DNA of 64,000 nt from NCBI GenBank assembly GCA_937889575.1, contig CALBYZ010000020.1, forward strand, positions 51 to 64,050. Reading direction: 5' to 3'. The translations under genes were made by a program, and so were the position numbers. This DNA is from an uncultured Desulfovibrio sp. Lineage in GTDB: Bacteria > Desulfobacterota > Desulfovibrionia > Desulfovibrionales > Desulfovibrionaceae. How positions within the stretch are numbered: the stretch's first letter is position 1; every line of letters begins with the position of its first letter. A model generated the notes under the pieces. The model did not search any database and was not told where the DNA came from. It saw nothing but the letters and a program-made list of their open reading frames with translations. Positions 19,460 through 28,433 of the stretch are shown in pieces.

Positions 19460-19897
19460 ATGCCCGAGAGATCGACCGTGCCGCGCAAGCGCCCCATCCT
19501 GGTGTGGATCATCTTTCTCTTTTACCTCGTCAGTTCCGTGCAGGTGATCGTGGGCCTTTTCTTCGTCACGGCCGGCGGCGTGGAGATGGCCCCGGAACAG
19601 CAGGCGTATCTGGCCAAGTTCACGGTCATGGACCGGGTGATCGGCTACATCAACGCGGGGCTCACGCTCGTGGGGGTGACGCTGCTTTTTTCGCTGCGCA
19701 GGCAGGCGGTGAGCGTGCTGGCCGTGGCGTTCGCCTGCAACCTCTTTTCCACGGCCGTTGTCTGGGTGAGGACCGACCCGGCCTCGGTCATATCCCCGAC
19801 GGGGCTCACCGCCCAGGCCGTGGGCATCGCCATCTTCGGCGCGGTGGTCTATTACGCTTGGCGGCTGGGCAAGCGGGGGATGCTGACCGGGCGTTGA
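19460..19897 (+). CDS. Hypothetical four-TM membrane protein
   Basis: Four hydrophobic segments; GGAGG RBS. Confidence 0.7.
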   Translation: MPERSTVPRKRPILVWIIFLFYLVSSVQVIVGLFFVTAGGVEMAPEQQAYLAKFTVMDRVIGYINAGLTLVGVTLLFSLRRQAVSVLAVAFACNLFSTAVVWVRTDPASVISPTGLTAQAVGIAIFGAVVYYAWRLGKRGMLTGR

Positions 19898-19952
19898 GTG
19901 CCTCTTGGTTAGCATCGGAAAGCTTCTGGCTGAAGGCGTGTAAGGACACTGC

Positions 19953-20666
19953 ATGAAAGAGAAGTCTGGAACCTTCAGTGTGACAAGACATTTTGATGAA
20001 AGCCTTGCCGCCAAATATGAGCGCAGGATTCGATTGTTTTGCCCAAGCTATGACGCCTTGCACCAAATGGTCATTTCCTGGTTGCAGGACTTGCCGGCCA
20101 CGGCGGACGTTCTTTCTGCCGGAGCCGGAACGGGGGCTGAAATCATCACGCTCGGCGCAAGCTTTCCCTTTTGGCGTTTTGTCGCCGTGGATGTTTCGCC
20201 TGATATGATCCGGGCATGTCAAGCGAGGGCAAGGGACGCCGGCATGGCGGAGCGGGTTGCCTATTACAATGGCCGCTTGCAGGATTATAAACCGACGACG
20301 GCTTTTGATGCGGCTTCGTCCATCTTCGTTTCCCACTTTCTGAAGGAGAGGGATGTAAAGCGTTCCTATTTCAGATCCATATCGGAGAACCTGAAAGTCG
20401 GTGGGGTGCTTGTTCTCGCCGATCTCTTCGGCGACAAGGATTCTCCGGAATTCAAGAATTTATTGGATGCGTGGTTACGATCCTATGCATTGCATGGGGT
20501 ATCCGATGAAGAGTTGATTCGTGACCGCATGCACGTCGAGAGGGACGTGGATTTCGTTTCGGAAAGCGAGTTGGCTGCGCTCTTGTGCGAAGCGGGGTTT
20601 TCTAGGCCGTTACGATTTTATCAAACCTATTTGTTTGGCGGCTGGATTGCTCGGCGCGTCGCTTGA
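19953..20666 (+). CDS. Class I SAM-dependent methyltransferase (CmoA-like), low GC
   Basis: VLSAGAGTGAE motif I, VAVDVSPDM, FVSHFL, LKVGGVLVLAD; visibly AT-richer than flanks. Confidence 0.85.
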   Translation: MKEKSGTFSVTRHFDESLAAKYERRIRLFCPSYDALHQMVISWLQDLPATADVLSAGAGTGAEIITLGASFPFWRFVAVDVSPDMIRACQARARDAGMAERVAYYNGRLQDYKPTTAFDAASSIFVSHFLKERDVKRSYFRSISENLKVGGVLVLADLFGDKDSPEFKNLLDAWLRSYALHGVSDEELIRDRMHVERDVDFVSESELAALLCEAGFSRPLRFYQTYLFGGWIARRVA

Positions 20667-20761
20667 ACGTGATATCTCGTTTTGCTGTTGAGAAACGCCG
20701 CCATCTGTTCCCCTTGAGGCGCGCCAAGGGCTGCTTGTGGCGATTGTGGCTCCTGCCGCGC

Positions 20762-21538
20762 TTACCGGGGCATGTCGGAGCGCTTCGATCCGTCCGACGA
20801 TAGTAATGCCACGGCGTACGTCGTTTCGATCATGCCGTTCCCGGCGCGAAAACGCTCTTCATAATACCGTACGAAGTCCCGATACCGCGCGGGGCTGGCC
20901 ACTTTCTTGCCGGGCGTGTGCGTGACGCCCGCGCCTTGCAGGCTGCGCAGCATCGCGCCGACGCTTTCGTGCGCGACGACGTGCGTCTCCTCGCTGACCG
21001 TCGCCGCAACGCCCGGCAGTTGCGCGAACAGCTCCCGGTAATACGCCGCCGGCCGCATGGGGTAGACCGAGCCGAAGCCCGTGGCCTGCGACGCTGCGGC
21101 AAGCTCCCACAGCGTCCCTTCCACATAGAGCGCGATGGCGAAGCCGCCGCCCGGGCGCAACAGCCGCAGGTTCGCCGCGATGGACGCGGCCGGATCGGCG
21201 TACCAGTGCATAGCCGAGGCCGAGCAGAGAAAGTCGAACGTGGCCGGGCGAAACGGCGGCCGTTCGCCGTCGGCCGCGACCTTGCGCGCGCCGGGCATGG
21301 CCGCGTGCGCGAGCATCCCGGGCGCGAGGTCGAGCGCCACGTAGACGCCGCCGTGGCAGCGCGGCGCGAGTTCGCGCGTGAGCAGGCCGCTGCCGGCCCC
21401 GATCTCCAGCACGTTGCCGTGGATTTCCCCCGGACACAGCGCGGCCAGCCGCGTGGCGACAAGTTTTTGCACCCGGGCCGCGCGTTCGTACGTGGCCCCG
21501 GCCCGGTCGAAACGCCGGCGGATGGATGCCTGATTCAA
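20762..21538 (-). CDS. bioC: Malonyl-ACP O-methyltransferase BioC
   Basis: IRRRFDRAGATYERAARVQ, LEIGAGSG, DLAPGML, DGERPPF, SAMHW; TTG start overlapping the upstream stop; biotin cluster context. Confidence 0.85.
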   Translation of the reverse strand: MNQASIRRRFDRAGATYERAARVQKLVATRLAALCPGEIHGNVLEIGAGSGLLTRELAPRCHGGVYVALDLAPGMLAHAAMPGARKVAADGERPPFRPATFDFLCSASAMHWYADPAASIAANLRLLRPGGGFAIALYVEGTLWELAAASQATGFGSVYPMRPAAYYRELFAQLPGVAATVSEETHVVAHESVGAMLRSLQGAGVTHTPGKKVASPARYRDFVRYYEERFRAGNGMIETTYAVALLSSDGSKRSDMPR

Positions 21539-22152
21539 ATGACGTGCTCCGCAAGAAGGTCGGGAGAAGGCCAATGCCCGCCGTCGTGGACGCGAAGCGT
21601 CGCTCCGGGCAAGAGCGCGAGCGCCCTGTCCAGGGCCGCGCGGTGCACGATGCGGTCGCGCGTTCCCCAGACCACCGTGACATTGGCCGCCGGCACAGGG
21701 GATTCGGCGACGGCGGAGGCGCGCAGGTAGTCGAGCCCGGCGGCAAGGGGCGCGGCCCAGGCCGGATTCCAGGCCGGTGCGCCGGGTGCGCCAGATTCGC
21801 CAGGCGCGCCGCAGTTTTTCCAGAACGCGCGCACCGTGGCCTCGGGAGCTTTGTCCATGGCGGCGCGCATGGATTGGACGATCCGGTCGGGAAAGCTGTC
21901 GCCGAAGCGGGCGAAGGGTGCGAAAAGCACCACCTTGGCGGCGCGCGGAAAAAGCGTGGCGGCGTGCCTGAACAGCATGTGCGCGCCCGTGGACCAGCCG
22001 GCGAGCACCCGCGCCGGGTTTGCCGCCGCGCGCGCAACAAGGGCCGCCTCGTCGCCGTCCAGGAACGGGGCGAGAAAATCCAGGCGCGCCGAAAGCCCGG
22101 GAAAGAGCGTTTCGGGACCGGCCCAGCCGGAAACGAACACCGCGTCGGTCAT
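21535..22152 (-). CDS. Alpha/beta hydrolase, probable pimeloyl-ACP methyl ester esterase (BioH/BioG-like)
   Basis: VSGWAG oxyanion motif, AGWSTGA nucleophile elbow, WGTRDRIV, GGHWP; lies between bioF and bioC. Confidence 0.75.
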   Translation of the reverse strand: MTDAVFVSGWAGPETLFPGLSARLDFLAPFLDGDEAALVARAAANPARVLAGWSTGAHMLFRHAATLFPRAAKVVLFAPFARFGDSFPDRIVQSMRAAMDKAPEATVRAFWKNCGAPGESGAPGAPAWNPAWAAPLAAGLDYLRASAVAESPVPAANVTVVWGTRDRIVHRAALDRALALLPGATLRVHDGGHWPSPDLLAEHVI

Positions 22153-23327
22153 GGGAAAAAGGAAACCCGGAGCCTGGAAAAGCCGAGGCGGATGCGCTTG
22201 ATGTCGTCGCCCGTGAGGTCGGCGCGAAGCGACAGCCGCAACCGCGCCGTGCCCTCGGGCACGGTCGGCGGCCGCACGGCGGCGACGAGCAGGCCCTCGG
22301 CCATGAGCAGCGCCTGGGCGTGCAGCGCCACCCGGTTGCGGCCGCAGGAAACGGGAATGATCTGCGTGGTCGAGCCCATGGTGTCGAAGCCGAGGCCGTT
22401 TAGGTGGTCCCGGATATCCTTGGACAGGCGCATGAGCCGCGCGCCCTCGCCGGGATTGGCCTTGATGTGGCGCAGCGCGGCCAGCGACGCGCCGAGCACC
22501 GCCGGCGGCAGGGCCGTGGAAAAAATGAACGACCGGCCCCGGTTGCGCAACAGTTCGATGGTCTCCACCCGGCCGGCGACAAAGCCGCCCTGGGATCCCA
22601 ATGCCTTGCTGAGTGTGCCCACGTGCACGTCCACGTCCTCGGAGAGCCCGAGCGCGGCGCTTAGGCCCCGTCCCCGGCCGAGGACGCCCGTGGCGTGGGC
22701 CTCGTCCACGACCACCAGCGCCCCGTGGGCTTTGCCAAGCTCGACGATCCGCGCTAAGGGAGCCACGTCGCCGTCCATGCTGAAGACCGTGTCCGTGACG
22801 ATGATCTTCTTCTCGGCCTGCGCCTCGCGCAGAAGCAGCCGCTCAAGATGCTCCATGTCCAGATGCCGGTAGCGCACGAGCCGGGCTCCGGAGAGCCGGA
22901 TGCCGTCGATGATGCTGGCATGGTTGAGGCGGTCGGAAAAGACCACGGTGTGGCGGTCGGCCAGGGCGGAAAAGACGGCGAGGTTGGCGGCGTAGCCGCT
23001 GCCGGTGACGAGCGCCGCTTCCTGGTATTTAAAAGACGCCAGCTCCGCCTCGAGCGTCTCGGCCAGGGCGAAGTTGCCGGTGATGAGCCGCGAGGAGCTC
23101 GAAGAGCAGCCGTAGCGCTCCAGGGCCTTGGCCGCGCCGAGGACGAGGTCCGTGTGCTCGGCCAGCCCCAGGTAGTTGTTGGAGGCGAGGTTCAACAGCC
23201 GCGTTCCCGAATAGAGCAATTCCCGGGCCGCGCCGTCGTCGATCGGCGGGATGGTCCGGAAGCTGTCCGAGTTGCGAAGCTTGGCCGCCTCGGGCACGAT
23301 GTATCTGCCGAAAAAGGATGTACTCAT
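22149..23327 (-). CDS. bioF: 8-amino-7-oxononanoate synthase; alternative start 23354
   Basis: NLASNNYLGL, SRLITG, SGYAAN, SDRLNHASIIDG, TDTVFSMDGD, VDEAHATG, GTLSKALG, RPPTVP. Confidence 0.95.
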   Translation of the reverse strand: MSTSFFGRYIVPEAAKLRNSDSFRTIPPIDDGAARELLYSGTRLLNLASNNYLGLAEHTDLVLGAAKALERYGCSSSSSRLITGNFALAETLEAELASFKYQEAALVTGSGYAANLAVFSALADRHTVVFSDRLNHASIIDGIRLSGARLVRYRHLDMEHLERLLLREAQAEKKIIVTDTVFSMDGDVAPLARIVELGKAHGALVVVDEAHATGVLGRGRGLSAALGLSEDVDVHVGTLSKALGSQGGFVAGRVETIELLRNRGRSFIFSTALPPAVLGASLAALRHIKANPGEGARLMRLSKDIRDHLNGLGFDTMGSTTQIIPVSCGRNRVALHAQALLMAEGLLVAAVRPPTVPEGTARLRLSLRADLTGDDIKRIRLGFSRLRVSFFP

Positions 23328-23352
23328 GGCTAACGGTTCCGGGAGGGAGTCC

Positions 23353-24669
23353 ATGCGGATCTGGCATCCCTGCACCCAGATGAAGGATCACGAGTCGTAT
23401 CCTCCCGTCTTTATGGACCGCGGTCAAGGGATTTACCTCTTCGACCGCGAGGGCAACGCCTACATCGACGCCATATCCTCCTGGTGGGTCAACCTTTTCG
23501 GCCACGCCAATCCCCGAATCGTCGCGGCCGTGACCGAACAGCTTTCGCGTCTGGAACACGTGATATTCGCCGGGGTGACCCACGCCCCGGCCGAGGAATT
23601 GGCCGATCGTCTCTTGAAGATCGCCATGCCGGGGCTGACGCGCGTCTTTTTTGCGGACAACGGTTCCTGCGCCGTGGAGGCCGCGCTCAAGATGAGCCAC
23701 GCCTCTTTCCGCAACCTCGGCCATCCCGAAAAATGCCGCTTCCTGTTCCTTGCCAACGGCTACCACGGCGAAACGGCCGGCGCGCTCGGCGTGTGCGGCG
23801 ACAGGCTCTACGCCGCGCCCTTCAAACCGCTTTTCATCGAGCAGATCGAGGTGCCCGGCCCGGACTGCCTGTTCTGTCCTTACGGCAAGACGCGCGAGAC
23901 CTGCGACACCGAGTGCTTCGCCCCCATGGAAGCGGCCATCTGGGCGCACAAGGACGAGCTCGCCGGGGTCATCGTCGAGCCGCTCGTGCAGTGCGCCGGC
24001 AACATGCGCATGTATCCGCCGGCGTATCTGGCCAAGCTGCGCCGGGCCACGACCGCTGCCGGCATCCATTTCATCGCCGACGAGATCGCCGTGGGCTTTG
24101 GCCGCACGGGCACGATGTTCGCCTGCGAACAGGCCGGGGCCGCGCCGGATTTCATGTGCCTGTCGAAGGGCATCACCGGCGGCACGCTGCCCCTGTCCTG
24201 CGTGCTGACGACCGACGCGGTGTTTGACGCCTTTTACCATGACTACGTGGACGACAAGGCGTTTCTCCACTCCCACAGCTACACCGGCAATCCGCTCGCC
24301 TGCGCCGCGGCCTGCGCCACGCTGCGCATCTTCGAGGAAGACGACGTCATCAACGCCAACAAGGCCAAGATCGCGTACTTGCAGCAGGCCGTGCGCGAGC
24401 GCTTCGCCGGCTGCCGGCACGTCATGGATATCCGCAGCACGGGCTGGATCACGGCCGTGGAGCTCTATGCCGACCCCGGGCGCAAGGAGCCCTTCGATTG
24501 GCGCAAGCGCACGGGATTTCGGATATACCGGGAAGCGATCAAGCGCGGGGCGTGGCTGCGCAACCTCGGCGACATCGTCTATTTCATGCCGCCGTACGTG
24601 ATCACGGAAACGGAAATCGACAAACTGGCCGACATCGCCCTCGATGCGGTCAAGGCGGTGCTCAAATGA
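23353..24669 (+). CDS. bioA: Adenosylmethionine-8-amino-7-oxononanoate (DAPA) aminotransferase; alternative start 23326
   Basis: IWHPCTQM, DAISSWWVNLFGH, FFADNGSCAVEAALKM, YHGET, EPLVQCAG, DEIAVGFGRTG, LSKGITGG, HSHSYTGNP. Confidence 0.95.
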   Translation: MRIWHPCTQMKDHESYPPVFMDRGQGIYLFDREGNAYIDAISSWWVNLFGHANPRIVAAVTEQLSRLEHVIFAGVTHAPAEELADRLLKIAMPGLTRVFFADNGSCAVEAALKMSHASFRNLGHPEKCRFLFLANGYHGETAGALGVCGDRLYAAPFKPLFIEQIEVPGPDCLFCPYGKTRETCDTECFAPMEAAIWAHKDELAGVIVEPLVQCAGNMRMYPPAYLAKLRRATTAAGIHFIADEIAVGFGRTGTMFACEQAGAAPDFMCLSKGITGGTLPLSCVLTTDAVFDAFYHDYVDDKAFLHSHSYTGNPLACAAACATLRIFEEDDVINANKAKIAYLQQAVRERFAGCRHVMDIRSTGWITAVELYADPGRKEPFDWRKRTGFRIYREAIKRGAWLRNLGDIVYFMPPYVITETEIDKLADIALDAVKAVLK

Positions 24670-25283
24670 AGCGCTATTTCATCACGGGCACGGGCACGGG
24701 CATCGGCAAATCGCATTTCTCGGCGCTTTTCGCGAGCCGGCTCAAGGAAGAGGGGCTTTCCGTGCGCTACATCAAGCCCGTGGCCACGGGCTATCCCGAG
24801 GACGACGACGCGGCGTTCGTGGCGCGCCGTGCCGGCCTTGCCCCGGAGGATGCGGTGACGCTGTATACGGCGAGCGAGCCGGCCTCGCCGTGCTTCGTCT
24901 TCGACCCGTTTCCCTTCGAGGAGTGCGTCGCACGCATGGAGGCGCTTTGCGCGGACCGCGACGCGGTGCTTATCGAAAGCGCCGGGGGCTTGGCCGTGCC
25001 GCTTGGCGTGCGGCGCTACAACTACCATTTCGCCCTGGCGCTCGGCTGCGACGTGATCCTTGTCGTGCCGAACAGGCTCGGCTGCCTCTCCGACGCCGTC
25101 GTCTACGGCCATTTCGCCGAGCGCCATAGGATGGTCCTGGACGCCATCGCCCTCAACGACTTCTTCGCCGAAAGCCCGCGCCACGCCGACCGCAACGCGG
25201 CGGAACTGGGGCGGCAGTTTCCGGGGAAGGTCGGCTACCGCTACGCCGCCGCCCTGGATATCCTGCCCGGACAAGACTCCTGA
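24666..25283 (+). CDS. bioD: Dethiobiotin synthetase
   Basis: FITGTGTGIGKS, YIKPVATG, ESAGGLAVPL, LGCLS; ATGA overlap with bioA. Confidence 0.9.
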   Translation: MKRYFITGTGTGIGKSHFSALFASRLKEEGLSVRYIKPVATGYPEDDDAAFVARRAGLAPEDAVTLYTASEPASPCFVFDPFPFEECVARMEALCADRDAVLIESAGGLAVPLGVRRYNYHFALALGCDVILVVPNRLGCLSDAVVYGHFAERHRMVLDAIALNDFFAESPRHADRNAAELGRQFPGKVGYRYAAALDILPGQDS

Positions 25284-25343
25284 CCCTGCGCCCGGGCCGT
25301 GGTCTGCGCCGCGGCCCGGGCCCGATGCCCCGTTTGCCGTCCC

Positions 25344-26543
25344 TTACGCCTGCGCCGCCAGTCCCCCCGCATCGACCTTCCTGCTCGTCAGCACGTAGCA
25401 CAGCGCCACGCCGCCGAGGCACCAGACGGCGTCGGCCTCCAGCATGCCGGTATATCCCAGGCCGTGCATGGCCGCCGCGCCGAGCACCGGGCCCAGGAAA
25501 TTGCCGATTTGCAGCGAGAGCATCATCAGGTTGGAATTGACCGTCTTGAAGCGCGGCTCGGAGATGTTGAACATGAGCCCGTAGAGCGCCGGCGAAATGA
25601 CCCCCGTGCCGACGCCCATGACCAGCGACGAGGCGTACAGGCCGGCCAGGCTGGAGGAATGGGCGGCCAGAAAGAAGCTCGCGGCGGACACGAGAAAGCT
25701 GAAACGGATGAGGCTGACCTTGCGCACCCTGTCGAAATGCCTGTTGCCGGCCAGGCGGATGACGATCATGCAGCACATCTGGATGCTGAAATACAAGCCG
25801 ACGTCCTGGTAGCCCCGCGATTGGAACAGGCCCTTGGCCATGAAAAAAAGCGATGAAAAGGCCACGATGTAGATGGCGTTGAGCCCGAGCACCAGGGCGA
25901 TGGCCGGCTTGCAGGCGTTTTTGTACATCTCCCCGAGCGACAGGGATTTCGTGCCCCAGGCGGCTTCCGGCGCGGCCTTCTGCCGGCGGCCGATGACCCA
26001 GATCATGGCGAGCCCCGGCAGCAGCAGAAGCGACATGTCCCGGTAGCCGTAGGCGGCCGAGGGCAGGTGCGGCGCCAGCGCGTCGCATACGGCCGGCACC
26101 AGGGAATAGGGCAGCAGTTGGGCTATGGAATAGAGGCTGAAGGCCTGGCCGCTGTGTTCCGTGGGAATGCGCGAAACCATGAGCGTCATGCAGGCCGCGG
26201 ACAGGAGATAGACGGCCACGCCGTTGACCAGGCGCACGGCAAAAAGCGCCGCAACACCCGTCGCGTAGAGGTAGGCCGCGCCGCAGCCGAGCAGGAGCAA
26301 CGCGCCGACCGTGGCGCAGGGTACGGCGTTTTTGACGGTCAGGTAAGGGCTTGCGAACAGGAAAAAGGCGATGGTCGCCAGCGCCGACGAGCCGATGAGG
26401 AATCCCCGCCAGTCCGCAGGGACGCCGATCTGTTGCAGGTAGACGTAGAGATTATAAAAAACAGTGATGTTGCAGTATGTTAAAAATATCAGCAGGCAGG
26501 CGAAGACGAAATCGATGGTGAAGAGGCGCTCTTTCTGGTGCAT
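25344..26543 (-). CDS. MFS transporter (12 TM)
   Basis: MHQKERLFTIDF start typical of MFS_1 exporters; about 12 hydrophobic helices; 26 bp downstream of the TetR gene. Confidence 0.85.
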   Translation of the reverse strand: MHQKERLFTIDFVFACLLIFLTYCNITVFYNLYVYLQQIGVPADWRGFLIGSSALATIAFFLFASPYLTVKNAVPCATVGALLLLGCGAAYLYATGVAALFAVRLVNGVAVYLLSAACMTLMVSRIPTEHSGQAFSLYSIAQLLPYSLVPAVCDALAPHLPSAAYGYRDMSLLLLPGLAMIWVIGRRQKAAPEAAWGTKSLSLGEMYKNACKPAIALVLGLNAIYIVAFSSLFFMAKGLFQSRGYQDVGLYFSIQMCCMIVIRLAGNRHFDRVRKVSLIRFSFLVSAASFFLAAHSSSLAGLYASSLVMGVGTGVISPALYGLMFNISEPRFKTVNSNLMMLSLQIGNFLGPVLGAAAMHGLGYTGMLEADAVWCLGGVALCYVLTSRKVDAGGLAAQA

Positions 26544-26569
26544 GGCGGGACGACCGGTGGCAGGGGGCG

Positions 26570-27259
26570 TTAGGGGTGCTGCGTAAGCCCGCCCGTGACG
26601 AAGGCGGCCAGGGAGCGCCCTATGGCGGCGGCGTCCTGCGCCGTATAGGCGGCGGCTTCGCTGAAATGGAGAAACGTGTTTTGGTTGCGTGCAAAGGCGC
26701 TGGCGACGATGAAAAGGGAAAAGGCGAGCGCCTTGCAGTCGATGCTCTCCGGAGCCGTGCCGCTGGCCGCGGCGACGAGTGCGGAGAACGCCTCCAGGGT
26801 CGGCCTTATCGCCACGTCGTAGATGGTGTCGAAGCTGGCGGTCGGGGTGATGAACTCCCGCTGCAACAGCAGGCTCATCCATTGCGAGCGGTTGGAGGCG
26901 AGAAGCGCCGCGGCGAGCTCCGCCACCATGACGCCGGCGCGCGCGGCAGGGGAGGCGTCGGCGTCCGTGCGCGCGGCGGCCGCGTCCAGGGCGGCGCGGT
27001 GCAGCGCGGCCAGTTCCCCGGCCACGCGCGCGACGACCGCCGCGTAGAGCCCCTCCTTGCCGGAGAAATGAAAGGCAATGGAGGCGATGTTCGTCTCCGC
27101 CGCCGCCGCCACCTCGCGGATGCCGACGCCCTCGAAGCCGCGCTCTGCAAAGAGCCGTAGTCCTTCCTCGAGCAGCCGCTCGCGGGTGCGCCGGCCCCTG
27201 GCCTGGCGTGCCCCCGCATCTTGCGTCGCATCCGGCAGGACTTCGTTTCGTTGGGCCAT
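26570..27259 (-). CDS. TetR/AcrR family regulator (CecR/YbiH-like)
   Basis: LLEEGLRLFAERGFEGVGIREVAAAAETNIASIAFHFSGKEGLY HTH. Confidence 0.92.
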   Translation of the reverse strand: MAQRNEVLPDATQDAGARQARGRRTRERLLEEGLRLFAERGFEGVGIREVAAAAETNIASIAFHFSGKEGLYAAVVARVAGELAALHRAALDAAAARTDADASPAARAGVMVAELAAALLASNRSQWMSLLLQREFITPTASFDTIYDVAIRPTLEAFSALVAAASGTAPESIDCKALAFSLFIVASAFARNQNTFLHFSEAAAYTAQDAAAIGRSLAAFVTGGLTQHP

Positions 27260-27266
27260 GTGCCGG

Positions 27267-27302
27267 AAGCTACGCCCGCCCGGGACAATGTCAATCGTTT
27301 GA
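27267..27302 (-). promoter_or_regulatory. Sigma70 promoter of tetR-MFS with overlapping palindromic operator
   Basis: - strand TTGACA (27294-27289), 16 bp spacer, TAGCTT (27272-27267); palindrome TCAATCGTTTGA at 27291-27302. Confidence 0.6.
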
Positions 27303-27418
27303 TTAAATTTGCTGCCGGCGCGACATGTGCGCCCGGGAAATCAAGGCTGGAGCCGTTTGGGGCGGGCATGCGGCAGGATACGACCCTGCCGCATGCCCGG
27401 GAGCAAGACGACCTTTGG

Positions 27419-28219
27419 CTAATTTTTCGAGAGCAGCTCCATGGCCGCGTCGACGCCGGCGTTTTCGTGGACGATGGCCGTAACCGCCTGCAACAGTTTC
27501 GCGGGCTCGGGGTCCTGGAAGATGTTGCGCCCGACGGACAGGCCCGCGCCGCCGGCCAGGACGCTGTTGCTGATCATTTCCAAAAGCCCGCGCCGGGAAT
27601 CGATCTTCGGCCCGCCGGCGATGACCACCGGCACGCAGCAGCCGGCCACGACCTTGGCGAAGCTGTCCGGGTCGCCGGTGTAGGGCACCTTGACGATGTC
27701 CGCGCCGAGTTCGTTGCCCACGCGCGCGCAGTGGGCCACGACGTCGGCGTCGAACTCGTTTTTGACCTTGGGGCCGCGCGCGTACATCATGGCCAGGACC
27801 GGCATGCCCCAGGAGACCGCGGCTTCGGTCACGAGCCCCAGGTCGTCGAGCATCTTGGCCTCGGTCTCGTCGCCGAGGTTGACGTGCACGGACACGGCGT
27901 CGGCCCCCAGGCGCACGGCTTCCTCCACCGTGCAGACGAGGGTCTTGGCGTTGGGGAAGGGCGAGAGGCTGGTGCTGGCGGAAAGGTGGATGATAAGCCC
28001 CACGTCGCGACCGCGCGCCCGGTGGCCGCAGCGCACGACGCCCTTGTGCATGAGCACGGCGTTGGCCCCGCCGGATACGATGCCCGTGACGGTTTCGCGC
28101 ATGTCCTCGATGCCCGCGATGGGGCCGACGGAGACGCCGTGGTCAAGCGGCACGATGATGGTGCGGCCGGTGTCGCGGTTGACGATGCGTTCGAGGCGGA
28201 TGGATTTGCCGATGGTCAT
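27419..28219 (-). CDS. DhnA-family class I aldolase, probable 2-amino-3,7-dideoxy-D-threo-hept-6-ulosonate synthase (archaeal-type AroA')
   Basis: [82 protein letters not shown]; Tyr-rich leader upstream. Confidence 0.85.
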   Translation of the reverse strand: MTIGKSIRLERIVNRDTGRTIIVPLDHGVSVGPIAGIEDMRETVTGIVSGGANAVLMHKGVVRCGHRARGRDVGLIIHLSASTSLSPFPNAKTLVCTVEEAVRLGADAVSVHVNLGDETEAKMLDDLGLVTEAAVSWGMPVLAMMYARGPKVKNEFDADVVAHCARVGNELGADIVKVPYTGDPDSFAKVVAGCCVPVVIAGGPKIDSRRGLLEMISNSVLAGGAGLSVGRNIFQDPEPAKLLQAVTAIVHENAGVDAAMELLSKN

Positions 28220-28275
28220 GGTCGTTCTCCTTGCGGGTTTCGCGAAGGAGCCCGGGTCCCGGTCGGCTTTGCATG

Positions 28276-28308
28276 AAAAAGGGCCGCCGGGCGAATCGCC
28301 CGCGGCCC
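28276..28308 (-). terminator. Attenuator terminator upstream of aroA'
   Basis: - strand GGGCCGCGGGCG-ATT-CGCCC(G)GCGGCCC-TTTTT, ending 56 nt before the ATG. Confidence 0.8.
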
Positions 28309-28334
28309 CTGTCGGCGGTGTCGTGGTTGCGGCC

Positions 28335-28433
28335 CTACGCGGCCGCGCCACCCGCCGTGCCGCGAGCGCGAAGGCCGTAATAATAATACGAGCCGGTCGG
28401 AAACATGCGCGTGGCGGTCATGCGGGCGTTCAT
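28335..28433 (-). CDS. Tyr-rich leader peptide [32 protein letters not shown]
   Basis: In-frame TAT TAT TAT TAC (28388-28377), three possible ATGs (28433, 28421, 28406), TAG at 28337-28335, followed by a terminator. Confidence 0.8.
   Translation of the reverse strand: MNARMTATRMFPTGSYYYYGLRARGTAGGAAA

Noticed and set aside
19897-19917. GAGTGC...TTAGCA resembling CIRCE
   Set aside because: Halves are in the wrong order and spacing; not upstream of a chaperone gene
23487-23510. GTCAACC resembling a BirA half-site
   Set aside because: Inside bioA coding sequence, with no matching GGTTGAC arm
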